Assembly: GCA_017470095.1 (NCBI GenBank) | Contig: JAFUFC010000179.1 | Coordinates: forward strand, 3,333 to 67,332 | Source: Clostridia bacterium | Lineage (GTDB): Bacteria; Bacillota; Clostridia; Christensenellales; Aristaeellaceae | DNA length: 64,000 bases | Direction: 5' to 3' | In this document: piece after piece, positions 62,231 to 64,000 of the stretch | Position numbering within the stretch: the stretch's first letter is position 1 | How the letters are laid out: every line of letters starts with the position of its first letter | Program-made: the position numbers and the translations under genes | The notes under the pieces: model-generated | What the model was told of the DNA's origin: nothing | Databases searched by the model: none | Seen by the model: only the letters and a program-made list of their open reading frames with translations

Positions 62231-63095
62231 GCCCTTTGCCCCCTTTCCACAGTGCCAGAATGGCGGAAACCGCCTGTTCTTCCCGGAAGCAGTTTTCCAT
62301 GCCATCGAGCCCCATTTTCTTGAGCTGCAGGCCCAATTTGCACACCGATGGCACATCCAGGCCCATTTTTTCCAGCGTTTCCCCATGGCGGAAAATTTCC
62401 TCCGGCGCGCCTTCCATGGCAACGGCGCCCTTGTCCATCACCACCGCCCGGGTGGCGTACCGGGCCACATCATCCATGGCGTGGGACACCATCACGATGG
62501 TGCTGCCCTGCCGGTGGAGGGAAGCAATCATATCCAGCATATCCTCCCGGCTTTGGGGGTCCAGCCCCGCTGCCGGTTCATCCAGTACCAGGATTTGGGG
62601 CCGCATAGCCAGCACCCCCGCCATGGCCACCCGGCGCATTTGGCCGCCAGACAATTCAAAGGGGGATTTTTCTTCCGCGTCCAGTTCAGAAAGGCCCACC
62701 CGTGCCAGCGCTTCCTTCACCCGCTCGTCAATTTCCATTTGAGACAGGCCCAGGTTCTTGGGCCCAAAGGCCACGTCCTTCGCCACCGTTTCCTCAAATA
62801 ACTGATGCTCCGGATACTGGAACACCAATCCCACCTTTCGTCGCACCTCTTTTTTGTCGTATCCCTTGGCGTGAATATCCTGCCCGTCCAGCAGCACCCG
62901 GCCTTGGGTGGGCTTGAGCAGGCCGTTGATATGCTGGGCCAGGGTCGATTTTCCCGAGCCGGTGTGGCCAATCAGCGCCAAAAAATCGCCGTCGCGGATG
63001 GTCAGATTCACGTTTTGGATGGCAGTAGCCTGGAAGGGGCTACCGGGCTGATAAGTATGGGTGACGTTTTCCAGCGTTACTTGCACAGCCTGCAC
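62217..63095 (-). CDS. ecfA2: Energy-coupling factor transporter ATPase EcfA2
   Basis: GHTGSGKST, LSGGQMRRVAMAGVLA, LVLDEP and FQYPEHQLFEETV. Confidence 0.85.
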   Translation of the reverse strand: MQAVQVTLENVTHTYQPGSPFQATAIQNVNLTIRDGDFLALIGHTGSGKSTLAQHINGLLKPTQGRVLLDGQDIHAKGYDKKEVRRKVGLVFQYPEHQLFEETVAKDVAFGPKNLGLSQMEIDERVKEALARVGLSELDAEEKSPFELSGGQMRRVAMAGVLAMRPQILVLDEPAAGLDPQSREDMLDMIASLHRQGSTIVMVSHAMDDVARYATRAVVMDKGAVAMEGAPEEIFRHGETLEKMGLDVPSVCKLGLQLKKMGLDGMENCFREEQAVSAILALWKGGKGHGAE

Positions 63096-63913
63096 ACCTC
63101 CTTTGCCATTTCATCCACCGTCAAAATCCCTTGCCCCAGGGGCATGCCCGCCTGACGCAACTGCTGGGCCAGCCGGGCCATGGGCGGCGCGTCCAGCCGG
63201 TAGACCCGAATCTTGTCTGGATCGGCAAACACTTCCTCCGGCGTGCCGGACAAGGCAATCTGGCCGTCGTGCATCACGTGCACCCGGTCGCAATTCACTG
63301 CTTCTTCCATAAAGTGGGTGATCCAAAGCACCGTGATACCCTGCTCCTGGTTCAGCTTTTTCACCGCCGCCATGACTTCTTTTCGGCCCCGGGGATCCAG
63401 CATAGCGGTGGATTCATCAAAAATGATAGCTTCCGGCCGCATGGCCAGCACCCCGGCAATAGCCACCCGCTGCTTTTGCCCACCGGACAGGGTGTGGGGT
63501 GCCCGATGGGCAAAGGGCAGCATGTCCACATCGGCCAGGGCCTTTTCAATGCGCCCGGGCATTTCTTCCGTGGGCACGCCAATGTTTTCCAGACCAAAAG
63601 CCACATCCTCTTCCACAATCGTGGCCACCAGCTGGTTATCCGGGTTTTGAAACACCATCCCCGCCCGGCGGCGGATTTCCCACGTATTCTGATCATCCTT
63701 TGTATCCAAACCGCAGACGGTTACAGTGCCCTGGGTAGGCAGATACAGGCCGTTGATCAATTTGGCCAGGGTGGATTTCCCCGAGCCGTTCTGGCCCAAA
63801 ATGGCGTGAAAAGCACCACGGGGAATGGACAGCGTCACATCCCGCACCGCTTCCCGGCCTTCTTCCTCATAAGCAAAGGAAACATGCTCCACTGAAATAA
63901 TGGCTTCCGACAT
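63077..63913 (-). CDS. ecfA1: Energy-coupling factor transporter ATPase EcfA1
   Basis: GQNGSGKST, LSGGQKQRVAIAGVLA, IIFDES and FQNPDNQLVATIV. Confidence 0.85.
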   Translation of the reverse strand: MSEAIISVEHVSFAYEEEGREAVRDVTLSIPRGAFHAILGQNGSGKSTLAKLINGLYLPTQGTVTVCGLDTKDDQNTWEIRRRAGMVFQNPDNQLVATIVEEDVAFGLENIGVPTEEMPGRIEKALADVDMLPFAHRAPHTLSGGQKQRVAIAGVLAMRPEAIIFDESTAMLDPRGRKEVMAAVKKLNQEQGITVLWITHFMEEAVNCDRVHVMHDGQIALSGTPEEVFADPDKIRVYRLDAPPMARLAQQLRQAGMPLGQGILTVDEMAKEVCRLCK

Positions 63914-64000
63914 GGTTTTCCCCTTTAATCGTCATTCATTTCGCCAGGCTACCCCAGCATAGCGGATTATACCATAGTTTTCCGTGAGCCGCAACAGACG

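Noticed and set aside
1-64000. A window-wide search for mobile elements, prophage, toxin-antitoxin or defense islands, rRNA and CRISPR.
   Set aside because: I recognised no transposase, integrase, recombinase, phage structural, restriction-modification, Cas or abortive-infection-like products. Gene content and coding-strand organisation look like core chromosome. The caspase-like and MoxR/vWA-like genes lack the partner domains that would suggest defense systems.

Overview
This is a GC-rich chromosomal segment that looks like a Clostridia/Firmicutes genome; the lineage call is low confidence. The evidence for it is AGGAGG-type ribosome-binding sites (RBS), T-box leaders, whiA, floA/nfeD, ecfA1A2T and frequent 4-nt ATGA gene overlaps. 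I call about 60 protein-coding genes. I found no rRNA, no credible tRNA, no CRISPR array, no transposase or integrase, and no obvious prophage or defense island.

Most of the window is housekeeping: thrS, prfC, murB, whiA, recO, ilvE, pgsA, trmL, potABCD, the ECF energizing module, a MoxR-DUF58-transglutaminase operon and NfeD-FloA. Many long ORFs in the track are antisense shadows of real genes, which is typical of high-GC DNA. Many listed ORFs also carry spurious N-terminal extensions, which I re-trimmed using RBS spacing.

The items most worth a second look:
1. A T-box leader with a putative Leu CUC specifier precedes an unusual operon. The operon holds a LeuA-like protein with degenerate catalytic motifs, a TIM-barrel::acyl-CoA-synthetase fusion, and ilvE.
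2. A 111-112 nt structured unit is repeated about 3.4 times in tandem directly upstream of a trio of M42 peptidase genes. A second two-copy array with a 112-nt period sits directly upstream of a methyltransferase gene.
3. A Crh-like HPr domain (His15 lost, Ser46 kept) is fused to an AadA-type nucleotidyltransferase and translationally coupled to whiA.
4. There are two paralogous extracytoplasmic FMN-bind/FAD reductases with ApbE-type flavinylation motifs, one co-transcribed with a MATE transporter.
5. A secreted SH3b protein carries 17 tandem 15-nt (EKKDD) repeats.
6. A perfect 26-bp tandem duplication abuts a consensus promoter.

All domain calls come from motif recognition by eye. No database search or RNA folding was run.
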